From the NCBI GenBank assembly GCA_016181305.1, contig JACOZN010000002.1, positions 11,619-75,618 on the forward strand: DNA of 64,000 nt, given 5' to 3'. Of this stretch, positions 50,043 through 59,485 are shown in pieces. This DNA comes from Candidatus Woesearchaeota archaeon (lineage in GTDB: Archaea; Nanobdellota; Nanobdellia; Woesearchaeales; GW2011-AR4). The position numbers and the translations under genes were made by a program. The notes under the pieces were generated by a model, which saw only the letters and a program-made list of their open reading frames with translations, ran no database searches and was not told the DNA's origin. The first letter of the stretch is position 1. Each line of letters starts with the position of its first letter.

Positions 50043-50944
50043 TTATCTCTTCTTCTTTTTCTTGGTTTTCTTTATCTCGTCTTCCAGGTCAAGCTCGTCC
50101 AAAAGCTCTTTGTACCTGTTCCTTATTGTGACTTCTGTCACTCCTGCCACGTCTGCAACTTCCCTTTGCGTTCTTCGTACAAAGCAGCAGCCGCAATTCC
50201 GGTTGGCCCTCTTCCAGATGTCAACTCAGCCTTCTGGGCACTTTCAAGAATTTCAATTGACTTGCTTTGTGTTTCCGCGCTCAGCTTCAATGCAGATGCA
50301 AACCTTGCAATATAATCAGCTGGGTTTGACGGCAATATTGTAATGCCAAGCTCCCTTGTGACAAACCTGTAAGTCCTTCCGACTTCCTTCTTTTCAATGC
50401 CGGAAGCCTCGCTTAGCTCATCCAAAGTCCTTGGAACGTCATGCCTTCTGCAGGCAGCGTACAAAGCCCCTGCAACAACGCTTTCCATGCTTCTTCCCCT
50501 CACAAGCCCCCTCTGTACTGCAAGAGTGTAAATCCTTGCAGATTCCTCTTCCACTGACTTAGGCAATTTCAAGTATGAAGAAACCCTTTTTAATTCTGCA
50601 AGAGCAAGCTTCAAGTTCCTTTCAATGGCTGTGCTTATCCTGTACTGCCACTTCCTTAACCTGAAGAATTTGTTCCTGTCTTTTCCGCCAAGCTTGAACA
50701 AGTCTGCCTTTTGCCCGACTTCTGTTCCCAAGCCCTGGTCGTACTGAGTGTAAGTCATTGGAGCGCCTGACCTTCTTCTTTTCTCTCCTTCTTCTGAGTC
50801 AAACTCCCTCCATTCCTGCGAGAAGTCAACCATTTTTTCCTCTATAACAAGCCCGCAGTCCCTGCATATAATCTCGCCCCTATCGCGATTCCAAGAAAGG
50901 TTTATTCCGCCGCATTCCGGGCATTTCTTTACTAGTTCTGGCAT
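50043..50944 (-). pseudogene. tfb: Transcription initiation factor TFB with internal deletion/frameshift at ~50176
   Basis: CPECG Zn ribbon, B-finger EWREF, cyclin repeats; the C-terminal [24 protein letters not shown] is in another frame, ending at 50043. Confidence 0.9.
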
Positions 50945-51075
50945 TTTAGTTCACCTGCAATAGCTCTATAACAAGCTTTATTAACACCCTTTTACCCCCA
51001 AATTAAAACCATAAGTCGATAACTATGGTAAGATTTATAAAGAAGTAATAATAGGTTATATATAAAGCTTTCGGT

Positions 51076-51126
51076 TCAACCGCGAAATCGGTTGACGCTT
51101 TAATCAAGTTGGGCATAAAGCCCAAC
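51076..51126. repeat. Pair of hairpins in the leader of the Trm112-like gene
   Basis: tcaaccg-cgaaat-cggttga and gttgggc-ataaa-gcccaac. Confidence 0.7.
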
Positions 51127-51130
51127 GGAT

Positions 51131-51319
51131 GTGAAAATGTCACAAACAAAGCCAAAAAGCACTGAATATCCCATCCCAAAGGACTTATTCGAAATTCTAG
51201 CCTGTCCGCTCTGCAAAGCGGATTTGGAGTACGCTAAAGGCAGGAAAGGCTTGGTTTGCTCTAAATGCAGTGCAAAGTACCCGATTGAAGATGGGATTCC
51301 CGTGATGATGGCTAAGTAA
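51131..51319 (+). CDS. Trm112 family methyltransferase activator
   Basis: LFEILACPLCKADL...LVCSKC..KYPIEDGIPVM. Confidence 0.9.
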   Translation: MKMSQTKPKSTEYPIPKDLFEILACPLCKADLEYAKGRKGLVCSKCSAKYPIEDGIPVMMAK

Positions 51320-51382
51320 ACAAGGTTTTGATGTTGAATTTTTCACTTAAATTTTTATAGGATTCTGCCATACCTTTTTAAC

Positions 51383-52339
51383 ATGAAGGACAGGTATATT
51401 TTCGGGGGCGGCGACTCAGACGGCTTGCTTGGAATATCAGCCATTCTTAGCACAATAGGTGACGCGTTCTTTTCATTTACGTCGCCAAGAACCCTCCATA
51501 CAGAAATCAATAACTTCGTAAGGGGAGCAAGCGGCAGGATTTACATAGTTGACCTTGCGCTGGATCAATCAACTTACAGGGATTTGCTTAGGGAAATAGA
51601 ATCCCTCAGGGGGTTCAGGACATATTTTTTTGACCAGCATAATCTGCCTAGGGGAGTTTCTATGGAAAAGCTGCCATTCACAAAAATTTCTATTGATGAT
51701 AAAGTATCAAGCTGTGAGAACGCATATGTTGAAACAGGCTGCGAACTTGATGTTATTGTGCCTGCTGTTGCATCAATCAACGACGGCTTCAAAAGCACAG
51801 AACTTATAAGGGCTGCCGAGAAAAAGCATGGTGAAAGGCTATACAGAAACGCAGAAACATTAAAATTTGGCCTAGCTTTTAACATCAAAGATAACAAGTT
51901 TAAGCGAGAACTGGTTTACGCAATAAGAGAAGGAGAATACCCTGAGTCAATACCTGAACTGGTCAGTAGATATGAGCAAGGGCTTATAAGGTGGGGAGAG
52001 ATAAAGCGCATGGCAGAATCAAGGGTTAAGACTGCCGAAAAGCTGGCATACGGGTTTTTTCCAAATTTAAGGGGGGGCTATGCCAACATGCTCGCAGGCT
52101 ATTTAGCTGAAATAGGAAAAAAGCCCGTAGGTATTTCAATTTTGGAAACTGACAGAGTGCTTCAAAAAATCAATGTTATATCCAATAACCCTTTAATTAA
52201 TTTAGGACAGGTTGTGCACGATATTGCTATAGCATTCGGAGGGGCAGGGGGCGGCAGCACGTCAAGCGCAGGCGCAACAATAAACAAGAGGTACACCCCT
52301 GATTTTCTGAAAAGATTAGATGTTAAATTAGGCGGCTAA
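51383..52339 (+). CDS. DHH/DHHA1 family phosphoesterase-like protein
   Basis: DSDG, IVDL, FDQH, C-terminal FGGAGGGSTSSAGA. Confidence 0.75.
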   Translation: MKDRYIFGGGDSDGLLGISAILSTIGDAFFSFTSPRTLHTEINNFVRGASGRIYIVDLALDQSTYRDLLREIESLRGFRTYFFDQHNLPRGVSMEKLPFTKISIDDKVSSCENAYVETGCELDVIVPAVASINDGFKSTELIRAAEKKHGERLYRNAETLKFGLAFNIKDNKFKRELVYAIREGEYPESIPELVSRYEQGLIRWGEIKRMAESRVKTAEKLAYGFFPNLRGGYANMLAGYLAEIGKKPVGISILETDRVLQKINVISNNPLINLGQVVHDIAIAFGGAGGGSTSSAGATINKRYTPDFLKRLDVKLGG

Positions 52340-52380
52340 TAATCAATAAATTTATATTGAATAATGAGATTTTTCTTTAT

Positions 52381-52481
52381 GCCGACGTGGCACAACCTGG
52401 CACTGCGCGGGCCTTGAGCATCTCAGAATAAAGTCAGCCCGTTCCCGAAAGGGTATCTCGGTTCAAATCCGGGCGTCGGCG
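52381..52481 (+). tRNA. tRNA-Ser(TGA) with 17-nt intron at 37/38 (52419..52435)
   Basis: Cloverleaf with variable arm CCCGAAAGGG; relaxed BHB. Confidence 0.9.
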
Positions 52482-52502
52482 TATTTATTTAATTTGTTAA
52501 AA

Positions 52503-52682
52503 ATGGACACAAAAGAATCTTTTATCAACTTTGGAAATAGTATAGTAGCAGGAATCTTGTCTGGGTTAATCGTTGCATACGTTATTAAAGATTTACCAAT
52601 TTGGAAAATAATATTTTTGACATTAGTTATGATTGCGCTAAGTATGATATATTTTTATTTTACAACTAGAATTACTAAATAA
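52503..52682 (+). CDS. Small two-TM membrane protein
   Basis: MDTKESFINFGNSIVAGILSGLIVAYVI... Confidence 0.5.
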   Translation: MDTKESFINFGNSIVAGILSGLIVAYVIKDLPIWKIIFLTLVMIALSMIYFYFTTRITK

Positions 52683-52684
52683 AA

Positions 52685-54169
52685 CTATTTTACCGCAAAC
52701 ACCCTCGCACTTTTCGCCACATCCTTCGCATACCCAAACTCGTGCCTGCTTTCAGAATAGATTGTAAACAATTTCTCTCCTCTTTTCACCCTGTCTCCGA
52801 CGTGCTTGTAAAGGTAAATTCCTGCTCCCTTGTCATCTGGAGCGCCTGCAATCCTTGAAATCCTTGAAACAGACAGGTTGTCTATGCCTGCAACCCTTCC
52901 TGACCTTGCTGACAAAACGTCAAAATGAAACTTCCCTATTTTTATATCCTCTGCCGCGATTTCTTTTCCGCCCTGAGCCTTTATTATTTCTACCATTTTT
53001 GCATAAGCCCTGCCTGAATTCAGTATTTCCAAAGCCTTCCTGTAGCCGTCTCTGATTCCAACCATGCCAAATATTTTGGAGCACATCATCAAGCACTTTT
53101 TCTCCAAGTCCATTGGCTTACGGGGATCCCTCTTAAGCAGCCACAGGACATCCCTTGCTTCTAAAGCAGGCCCGATGCCGTTGCCGATTGGCTGCGAGCC
53201 GTCTGTCAAAAGCACCCTGACGTGCTTCTTCAGCCTTTTCCCTATTTTCTCAAACTCTTTCTTGAGCCTCAAAGCCTCAACTTTGTTTTTAACTTTTGAG
53301 TCCCTGCCGACAGGCACGTCAATAACAATATGCGTGCTTGAAACGGAATGCTTTTTTGCCATGATTGAGGCAAGCAATTGGCTTTCCGCGTCTATCTCCA
53401 GAGGCCTCTCGACAGCTATTATTTTGTCGTCTGCAGGAGCAAGGTTCAAAGAGCCGCCCCACACAATGCAGCCCCTTGTCTTAAGCACTATCTCCCTCAT
53501 TTTACTTATAGGAAAAGTCACGTCAGCCAGCACTTCCATCGTGTCTGCGGTGCCTGCCGCGCTTGTTATTGAGCGCGAACTTGTCTTTGGAATGAAGTAG
53601 CCCGCTGCGGCGATTATAGGCACAATAACAAGAGTTGTCCTGTTGCCGGGAATGCCTCCAATTGAGTGCTTGTCAACTATAGGGCGCTTGCCAAGGTTCA
53701 GCACCTCGCCGTGCTTGACCATCGCTTTTGTCAGCATGATTGTCTCTTCTGTGCTCATGACATTTGTGTAGCACGCCGCGACAAAATATGCCAGTTCAAC
53801 GGCGCTCAGCTTGTTGTGCACTATATCCCAGACAATCTGGTTAATCTCCTTTTGGCTTAACTTCAGCCCGTCAAGCTTTTTCTTTATGTAGTCTATAGAA
53901 AGAGGCTTCCGCGCAATTGTTATTTCAACTTTGTCATTGTTTTTAAGCTTTAAAGACTTTATAACCTCTTCAAAAACTCCAAGCCTTCCTTTTGGGACAA
54001 CCTTGTCGCTTTCTGCAATGTCAACCACAGCAGTCTCTATTTTGCCCTTTTTCCTTATCTTTATTCTGTCCATGACATGCAAGTCCAGCATTGCAGCATC
54101 TTCATGGTTCACAACTGCAACCAAAGGCCCGCCGCTGGAAATGTCTATGTCTTTGACTTTTAGTTTCAT
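52685..54169 (-). CDS. deoA: AMP phosphorylase (thymidine phosphorylase family)
   Basis: VDKHSIGGIPGN, KTSSRSITSAAGTAD, IGNGIGPALEARD, AGAPDDKGAG; archaeal N-terminal extension. Confidence 0.93.
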   Translation of the reverse strand: MKLKVKDIDISSGGPLVAVVNHEDAAMLDLHVMDRIKIRKKGKIETAVVDIAESDKVVPKGRLGVFEEVIKSLKLKNNDKVEITIARKPLSIDYIKKKLDGLKLSQKEINQIVWDIVHNKLSAVELAYFVAACYTNVMSTEETIMLTKAMVKHGEVLNLGKRPIVDKHSIGGIPGNRTTLVIVPIIAAAGYFIPKTSSRSITSAAGTADTMEVLADVTFPISKMREIVLKTRGCIVWGGSLNLAPADDKIIAVERPLEIDAESQLLASIMAKKHSVSSTHIVIDVPVGRDSKVKNKVEALRLKKEFEKIGKRLKKHVRVLLTDGSQPIGNGIGPALEARDVLWLLKRDPRKPMDLEKKCLMMCSKIFGMVGIRDGYRKALEILNSGRAYAKMVEIIKAQGGKEIAAEDIKIGKFHFDVLSARSGRVAGIDNLSVSRISRIAGAPDDKGAGIYLYKHVGDRVKRGEKLFTIYSESRHEFGYAKDVAKSARVFAVK

Positions 54170-54277
54170 TTTTGTTTGTTTTGGCTGATTGACATCAAAA
54201 GCGGTTCACTTTCTTCTGTTTTGCATCACAAAGTCGCTCTCGTGATTGTTTGAGTTGAATAAAAATTACACTACATT

Positions 54278-55324
54278 TTAAAAATACTTCTCCAATTCCG
54301 CCTTTTCCTCCTCGTATATGTCGACAAAGGTCATGAGCAGGGCGAGCATTACAGGCCCAAGAAGCAGCCCGATAAACCCAAAAAGGCTCAGGCCTCCAAG
54401 AACTCCAAGAAGCACGAGAATCGGATGCACGCCTGCCTTATTCCCAATCAATTTTGGCTTCAAAAAGTTGTCAATGCTGCTTATCACAAGCAAGCCATAG
54501 ACAATCAGGGCAATTCCCCTTATTGTTGAGGAATTGTCGCTCTGCAGGTAGCCCACAAACACAAGGTTCAGTGCAGCAGGCAGCCACACAACGGCAGTGC
54601 CTATGTAGGGAATCAGCGCAAACAGCGCCATTACAAACCCCCACAGGATTGGCGAAGGGACTCCAAGCGCAAAAAACCCTATTCCGCCAACAACGCCCTG
54701 GATGATGGCTATCAGTATGTTCCCGTAAAACACGCCATAGATTATGCTGTGAAACCTGCCAAGTACATGCTGCTTGTGGGCTTCCTTCAGCGGCAGCAGG
54801 TTTTTTACCCTCCGGGATACGGCCTCGCTGTCCTTTAGAAGGTAATAGACTACAAAAATCATGACAAAGAAATTAAGGAGCACGGATGGTATTGCAGCCA
54901 GAAACCTTGAAACATTCTCTATTATAAAAAGCGTTATTTTTTCTATCGTCGCCTGCAGGTAATAGTCCAGGTCGCTTTCAGGCAGGAACGATGTAAAGGA
55001 CTTGAACGCCCCGCATGGCACGGAGCTTTCGTCCCTGCAGACTATTCTCAAAAAATTGGAGCCAAGGTCCTGCTGGCTTAGTGTAGTGTAGGTTTGGTAA
55101 GCCTCCTTGGAAACCATGCCGATAACAACAACAAACGGGATAGTTAAAAGCAGGACGATAAGTATTGCAACGGCAAATGAAGCCATGTTCTTGTTTTTGA
55201 TGCGCCTCAAAGCCTTTTCGTACAGCGGGTTTGCCAGATAGGCTATTATCGCTCCGGCAATAAGCGCAGGCAAAAACGGCTTTGTTATGTAAAAGCCAAG
55301 CAGCAGAATAGCCAAAAGTATCAC
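54278..55324 (-). CDS. AI-2E family transporter
   Basis: AYLANPL, LIPYIGT, DNFLKPKLIG, HPILVLLGVLGG..LFGFIGLLLGP. Confidence 0.92.
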   Translation of the reverse strand: MILLAILLLGFYITKPFLPALIAGAIIAYLANPLYEKALRRIKNKNMASFAVAILIVLLLTIPFVVVIGMVSKEAYQTYTTLSQQDLGSNFLRIVCRDESSVPCGAFKSFTSFLPESDLDYYLQATIEKITLFIIENVSRFLAAIPSVLLNFFVMIFVVYYLLKDSEAVSRRVKNLLPLKEAHKQHVLGRFHSIIYGVFYGNILIAIIQGVVGGIGFFALGVPSPILWGFVMALFALIPYIGTAVVWLPAALNLVFVGYLQSDNSSTIRGIALIVYGLLVISSIDNFLKPKLIGNKAGVHPILVLLGVLGGLSLFGFIGLLLGPVMLALLMTFVDIYEEEKAELEKYF

Positions 55325-55385
55325 GGAAAAGAATAACCTTGGGTAAAGTTTTGACCTGATGCTCTCACCGCTTTTAGTTTTAAAA

Positions 55386-55499
55386 TGGGCCTGACCAGAT
55401 TCGAACTGGTGACCTTCGCCAATTCAAAACATATGGGATGTTGTGTCGAGGCGACATCATTTGCGGAACTATGCTGCTTAACCGCTAGACTACAGGCCC
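55386..55499 (-). tRNA. tRNA-Val(GAC) with two introns (D-loop 55461..55479; 37/38 55422..55443); C at position 33
   Basis: Cloverleaf after intron removal; BHB helices GCGG/CCGC and TCGA/TTGA. Confidence 0.85.
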
Positions 55500-55547
55500 T
55501 TGGGAATGCCTGATTCAACTACGGTATATATATTTTTCTAATGGATT

Positions 55548-56024
55548 TTACCTGAAAAATGACGCTCCGAAGGGGCTGAAGTAAAACAAGAAAAATGCAG
55601 TTGCAAGCCCGAAAACCGCCAGTATGACTTCCTGCACAATCTGGTGAAACCTTGTAAAGTCCCTTGTGGCTTCTATTATGTCTGTTTCGGTTATCAGCCC
55701 TGTCAATTTGTCATTTTCAACCACCGGAAATCTCTTGATTTTTTCCTCCCTCAGGCGCTTCGTTATATCGGCGAACTTTGCTGACGGCGAGATTATCATG
55801 AAATTCTTGCTCATCACGTCCCTTACATTTGCCTTCCCTGAAATAACGCCTTTTATGACATCGTTTTCGCTGATTATTGCAATCGGCTTGCTTTTTTCCA
55901 TGACTACAAGGCTGCTTACGGACTTTGAGGCTATCAGCCTTGCAGCCCCCATAATGCTTGAATCCGGCGCTATCGAAACCACGTTACTACTCATGATATT
56001 CCTTACTTTCACCATTTCAGGCAC
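55548..56024 (-). CDS. CBS-pair protein with C-terminal TM helix
   Basis: VRNIMS..VV, IKRFPVVEN.KLTGLITETDI; hydrophobic C-terminus. Confidence 0.88.
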   Translation of the reverse strand: MPEMVKVRNIMSSNVVSIAPDSSIMGAARLIASKSVSSLVVMEKSKPIAIISENDVIKGVISGKANVRDVMSKNFMIISPSAKFADITKRLREEKIKRFPVVENDKLTGLITETDIIEATRDFTRFHQIVQEVILAVFGLATAFFLFYFSPFGASFFR

Positions 56025-56502
56025 CGAAGGGCAGGTATTTGTACAGATACCTGTAAATCACAAAGACAAAAAACTCGAACAGGACGAAGAGCACAAGCAC
56101 AACGTTTTGTATGTTCCTGTGAAACCTCAAATTGTCGCTTATCGCATTGACAACATCCTTTTTTGTCACGAGGCCAACCAGCTCGCTGTTCTCGACAACC
56201 GGGTATTTCCTGAACTTTTTTGTGTCTATTATTTTCAAAGCCTCGTCAAGCTTCATGCCGGGCGCCATGAAAGTGACGGGAGAAGTCATTATTTTGCCTA
56301 CAGGCTCCTTCAGGCTTTTTTTGCCCGAAACAATGTTCCTCACAAAGTCAAGCTCTGTAACAATGCCTACCGGAGCCTTGTTTTCCACAATGACAACGCA
56401 GCCGCTGCCGCCCTGTGCCAGCAGCCTGGCTGCATCCTCAATTTTTGCCTCTTTTTTTAATGTAGGCACATTAGTCAACATTATCCTACTGACTTTTGCC
56501 AT
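56017..56502 (-). CDS. CBS-pair protein with C-terminal TM helix (tandem paralog)
   Basis: VGIVTELDF, KIMTSPV, RKYPVVENSELVGLVT; hydrophobic C-terminus. Confidence 0.88.
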   Translation of the reverse strand: MAKVSRIMLTNVPTLKKEAKIEDAARLLAQGGSGCVVIVENKAPVGIVTELDFVRNIVSGKKSLKEPVGKIMTSPVTFMAPGMKLDEALKIIDTKKFRKYPVVENSELVGLVTKKDVVNAISDNLRFHRNIQNVVLVLFVLFEFFVFVIYRYLYKYLPFGA

Positions 56503-56533
56503 CGGGCATTTGTTGCTTGGGTTATATAAAAAG

Positions 56534-56591
56534 TTTTCGAAAGTCTTTGACTTTCGAGAACTCCGAAAATTTATAAATTTGATAGTTTTCG
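56534..56591. repeat. Hairpin element between divergent promoters
   Basis: tcgaaagtc-ttt-gactttcga; the core aaagtctttgacttt is identical to the one at 23035. Confidence 0.8.
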
Positions 56592-56644
56592 AAAAGGGAA
56601 AAGTTTTTAAATATCTGGGGTATAGTATAATGGGGCTGGCATCA

Positions 56645-57313
56645 ATGAAAAATAAATATTCAATATTTTTGGCATTAATGGTGCTTTCTTTTTATGTCAT
56701 ATCCTGCACGCCTGCGCAGCCGGCCGCGAGCGCTCCTGCGCCGGAAGTCAAGCCTTCTCCGCAGCAGCAGGCGGCTTCACAGCCTGCAGCACAGAAACAG
56801 GAAGTATCAGCCGAGGTGAGCGAGCTGCTTGAAAAATCCAGAACAAGGGTAAAAAATGTTTATTACAAGTACAAAGGCCCTGAGACAGGCGATAATTTTT
56901 ATGACTTTTATGTCAAGGGCGGCAAAATAAAGTACCTGCCTTATCTGGCAATTAAAACCCTTGACAAGCCGGAGTCATTTGACACTATCTTCATAGACAA
57001 GGCAGCCGGGACAGCAGAGTCGTACTGCATTGCAGCCTACTGCAAGTTTAAGGGCAAGAAGCAGGACTTGAGCTATGGGGATGCCTACATACAAACCGTA
57101 CTCGACTGGATTGAGGGGATTACACAGGCTAAAAAGGTCGGGGAAGAAGTGATTGATGACAGGGCAACATGGAAAATTGAGACGAACAGGGGCATTTTAT
57201 GGGTTGACACTTTCTACGGCATCCCGCTGAAAGCTGAATCAGGCGGCAAAATTTACAGGTTCCAGCAGATTTCTGCCAATAGCGTGCAGGACTCGGATGT
57301 TGTTCCCCAATAA
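56645..57313 (+). CDS. Putative lipoprotein
   Basis: MKNKYSIFLALMVLSFYVISC signal, P/A/Q-rich linker, beta-rich domain. Confidence 0.65.
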   Translation: MKNKYSIFLALMVLSFYVISCTPAQPAASAPAPEVKPSPQQQAASQPAAQKQEVSAEVSELLEKSRTRVKNVYYKYKGPETGDNFYDFYVKGGKIKYLPYLAIKTLDKPESFDTIFIDKAAGTAESYCIAAYCKFKGKKQDLSYGDAYIQTVLDWIEGITQAKKVGEEVIDDRATWKIETNRGILWVDTFYGIPLKAESGGKIYRFQQISANSVQDSDVVPQ

Positions 57314-57318
57314 GTTAA

Positions 57319-57978
57319 TTAATCAAACAGCGGGTTGAACTCCTTCTCGACAACGACTATGGGCTTGTTGGCAGGGTCAGCGGCATCCACCAGCACCAGC
57401 TTGAAATGCTTGGCCAAGGCATTGTCGTCAAAGCCGATGTTGACAATAGCATCCCTTGTGGTGTGCTCTCCTGAATACAATTTTTCCATATCAAACTCTA
57501 TCTCTGCTTTTGGCTTAAGCCACTCTTCCTTGAAGTCCTTTTCATCATACAATAAAACCAGCAGCTTTGGCTTGAATTCATGGCTGCCGTTGTTCAGAAT
57601 CGTGGACGTTATCCCGGTTATCTTGCCCCAGTACTCGTCCTTTATCTCGTGCTTGATTTTGTCAAGTGAAAGCGAGATGTTGTGCTGTGTGATTACAATG
57701 CTTTCCGGGCTGAACTGGAATTCGCCATTTATTTCCAGCTTTTTCACGGGAATTTCCTCTGCTTCAGCCTCGGGCTCCTGTTCTGCAGAGGCCATAGTGT
57801 CATTTTGCGGCTCGGCAGCCTGCTCAGGCAGCTGCCCGCTTCGCTGCTCAGCAGGAGTTTCCTCGTAGATGTTCGGCTCTGCCACTGCCTCGCCAGTAAT
57901 TGAATTGCTGGAGCAGCCCATTAGAATAATTGCAGAAATTATTGCAAATGCCAAAACCTTGCTAAACATAGACCCCAC
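57319..57978 (-). CDS. Putative lipoprotein
   Basis: IILMGC lipobox-like, acidic linker. Confidence 0.65.
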   Translation of the reverse strand: MGSMFSKVLAFAIISAIILMGCSSNSITGEAVAEPNIYEETPAEQRSGQLPEQAAEPQNDTMASAEQEPEAEAEEIPVKKLEINGEFQFSPESIVITQHNISLSLDKIKHEIKDEYWGKITGITSTILNNGSHEFKPKLLVLLYDEKDFKEEWLKPKAEIEFDMEKLYSGEHTTRDAIVNIGFDDNALAKHFKLVLVDAADPANKPIVVVEKEFNPLFD

Positions 57979-58026
57979 TTTACGATGATTTTAGGAAATA
58001 GTATTTAAAAATTTTGATTTGCAAAA

Positions 58027-58110
58027 AGCCTCTGAGGGGATTTGCACCCCCGACCTTTGCCTTTCTAGTGAAATACCAAGGCAACGCAATAGCTGCTATG
58101 CTACAGAGGC
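58027..58110 (-). tRNA. tRNA-Thr(GGT) with 11-nt intron at 37/38
   Basis: GCCTCTG acceptor stem, TTGCC/GGCAA anticodon stem; atypical D loop (AGCAGCT) and T loop (TGCAAAT). Confidence 0.8.
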
Positions 58111-58187
58111 GTGAGAATTTGAGAATTAAGTTCGTATTTAAAAGTTTGTGAAAACCACTAAGAAAATAGGCCAAAAGCGATGTACTG

Positions 58188-58700
58188 CTACAGATAACCT
58201 AAATTTGAGGGAATAATGCACCTACTCAAAAATTCGTAAAATATTTGTGTCGTATGGGGGTAATTTTTTTGAAATATGTTATATCTTGGATTTGAAAATG
58301 GGAGATCAATTTTCGAAAGCCCCGGCATTCTCATAAAATCTTCCTCGTCCAGACATTGCAGAATACATTCATCATCGCTATGAATCACAATGCCACCCCG
58401 ACGCAATGTTCTTAACATTTTAATAGTTTCTTCTAAGTCCGCATGATTTTCCTGATAGAATATGGCATCAAATGTCCCGTCTTTAAACGGAGGCTTTCCA
58501 AAATCACCTTTGACATAATTTCTATTTGCTTTATAGCTTATTGGACCACCACTTTCATTATCAAGATACACTATTTCTTCAGCCTTGAATACCTCTTCTA
58601 AGAAATTATCTTCTCCATAGCCAGGGTAATAAATTAATGCTATATTAAATAACTCCCTTACTTTCCTTAAAAAGTCTCTTCTACTTAATTGTTGTCTCAT
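58188..58700 (-). CDS. Class I SAM methyltransferase-like protein
   Basis: YYPGYG, VKGDF..PPFKDGTFDAIF, LRRGGIV. Confidence 0.55.
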   Translation of the reverse strand: MRQQLSRRDFLRKVRELFNIALIYYPGYGEDNFLEEVFKAEEIVYLDNESGGPISYKANRNYVKGDFGKPPFKDGTFDAIFYQENHADLEETIKMLRTLRRGGIVIHSDDECILQCLDEEDFMRMPGLSKIDLPFSNPRYNIFQKNYPHTTQIFYEFLSRCIIPSNLGYL

Positions 58701-58736
58701 ATTTTTTAGTATCGTACATCTTTATTTAAAAGAAGA

Positions 58737-58903
58737 TGCGGGGGAAGGGATTTGAACCCTCGGATCCACTTAGGAACAGGATTGCTCAGCTGGTCTTAAG
58801 TTTCGCAAACAGACACTTCATACTTTTGTGTTCTGAGTCCTGCGCGTTTGACCAGGCTTCGCTCTAAGGAATCCTAAGCAATTGCTTGAGGAATTACCCC
58901 CGC
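58737..58903 (-). tRNA. tRNA-Leu(CAG) with two introns (8/9: 58864..58895; 37/38: 58783..58831)
   Basis: Type II cloverleaf after removal; BHB GGGG/CCTT with GT|A and AG|A bulges; CTCA/TGAG at the anticodon. Confidence 0.88.
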
Positions 58904-58964
58904 ATTGCCTGGCAAAGTTTTGGTTTAGAAAAGTGTATTTAAATGTTGTGTTGTTGAAAATAAT

Positions 58965-59477
58965 CTACTCATACTTGTACTTCTGCAGCTGGAAGAAAGC
59001 CCTTATCCTCTTGAACAGCTCATTGCCTTCTGACACGACAGTGCCGTCATATTTGTCGCTCCAGAAGTTATAGATGAACTTGTCAATCACCGCCCTTATG
59101 AAATAATAGACCGGCTTGACCTGGTAAAAGCTGCCGTGGATGTGGGATTGCATCCAGCCGTCTATATTCACAAATACATCTCCACGGTTTATCATTATTT
59201 TTTTGCCGTTCTTTTTTATAGTGGCTTCTTTGACATTGTCAAGCAAAGCCCTCAAGACAATAATGCTGTGGTGCAGGTCATCAAGATGCCTGTGCGCCTC
59301 AACAACCAGCTCTATCTTCTTGCCGTTTTTTGTGACGTGCTCCATCTTTTTCTTTGGCTCTTTCTCAAAGCCATTTTCCCTTATCCAGCTGTCTATCTCG
59401 GCGTAGAAATCCTCAACTATGAAAGGGCCGCTGTAAGCCGTTCTCAAGTCGTAAAGCACTTGTTTTTTCTCTACCAT
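58965..59477 (-). CDS. Conserved hypothetical protein, paralog 3 of a tandem triplet
   Basis: Shared Y.G.F..D.Y..I..W/F motif and C-terminal F.R..YDK with its neighbours. Confidence 0.7.
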   Translation of the reverse strand: MVEKKQVLYDLRTAYSGPFIVEDFYAEIDSWIRENGFEKEPKKKMEHVTKNGKKIELVVEAHRHLDDLHHSIIVLRALLDNVKEATIKKNGKKIMINRGDVFVNIDGWMQSHIHGSFYQVKPVYYFIRAVIDKFIYNFWSDKYDGTVVSEGNELFKRIRAFFQLQKYKYE

Positions 59478-59485
59478 AATTCCGC

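Noticed and set aside
56132-56644. N-terminal 170 aa of track ORF 56132..57313
   Set aside because: Antisense to the CBS gene; the real start is the signal peptide at 56645.
58188-58230. Tat export signal (LSRRDFL) on the methyltransferase-like protein
   Set aside because: No hydrophobic h-region follows the twin arginines.
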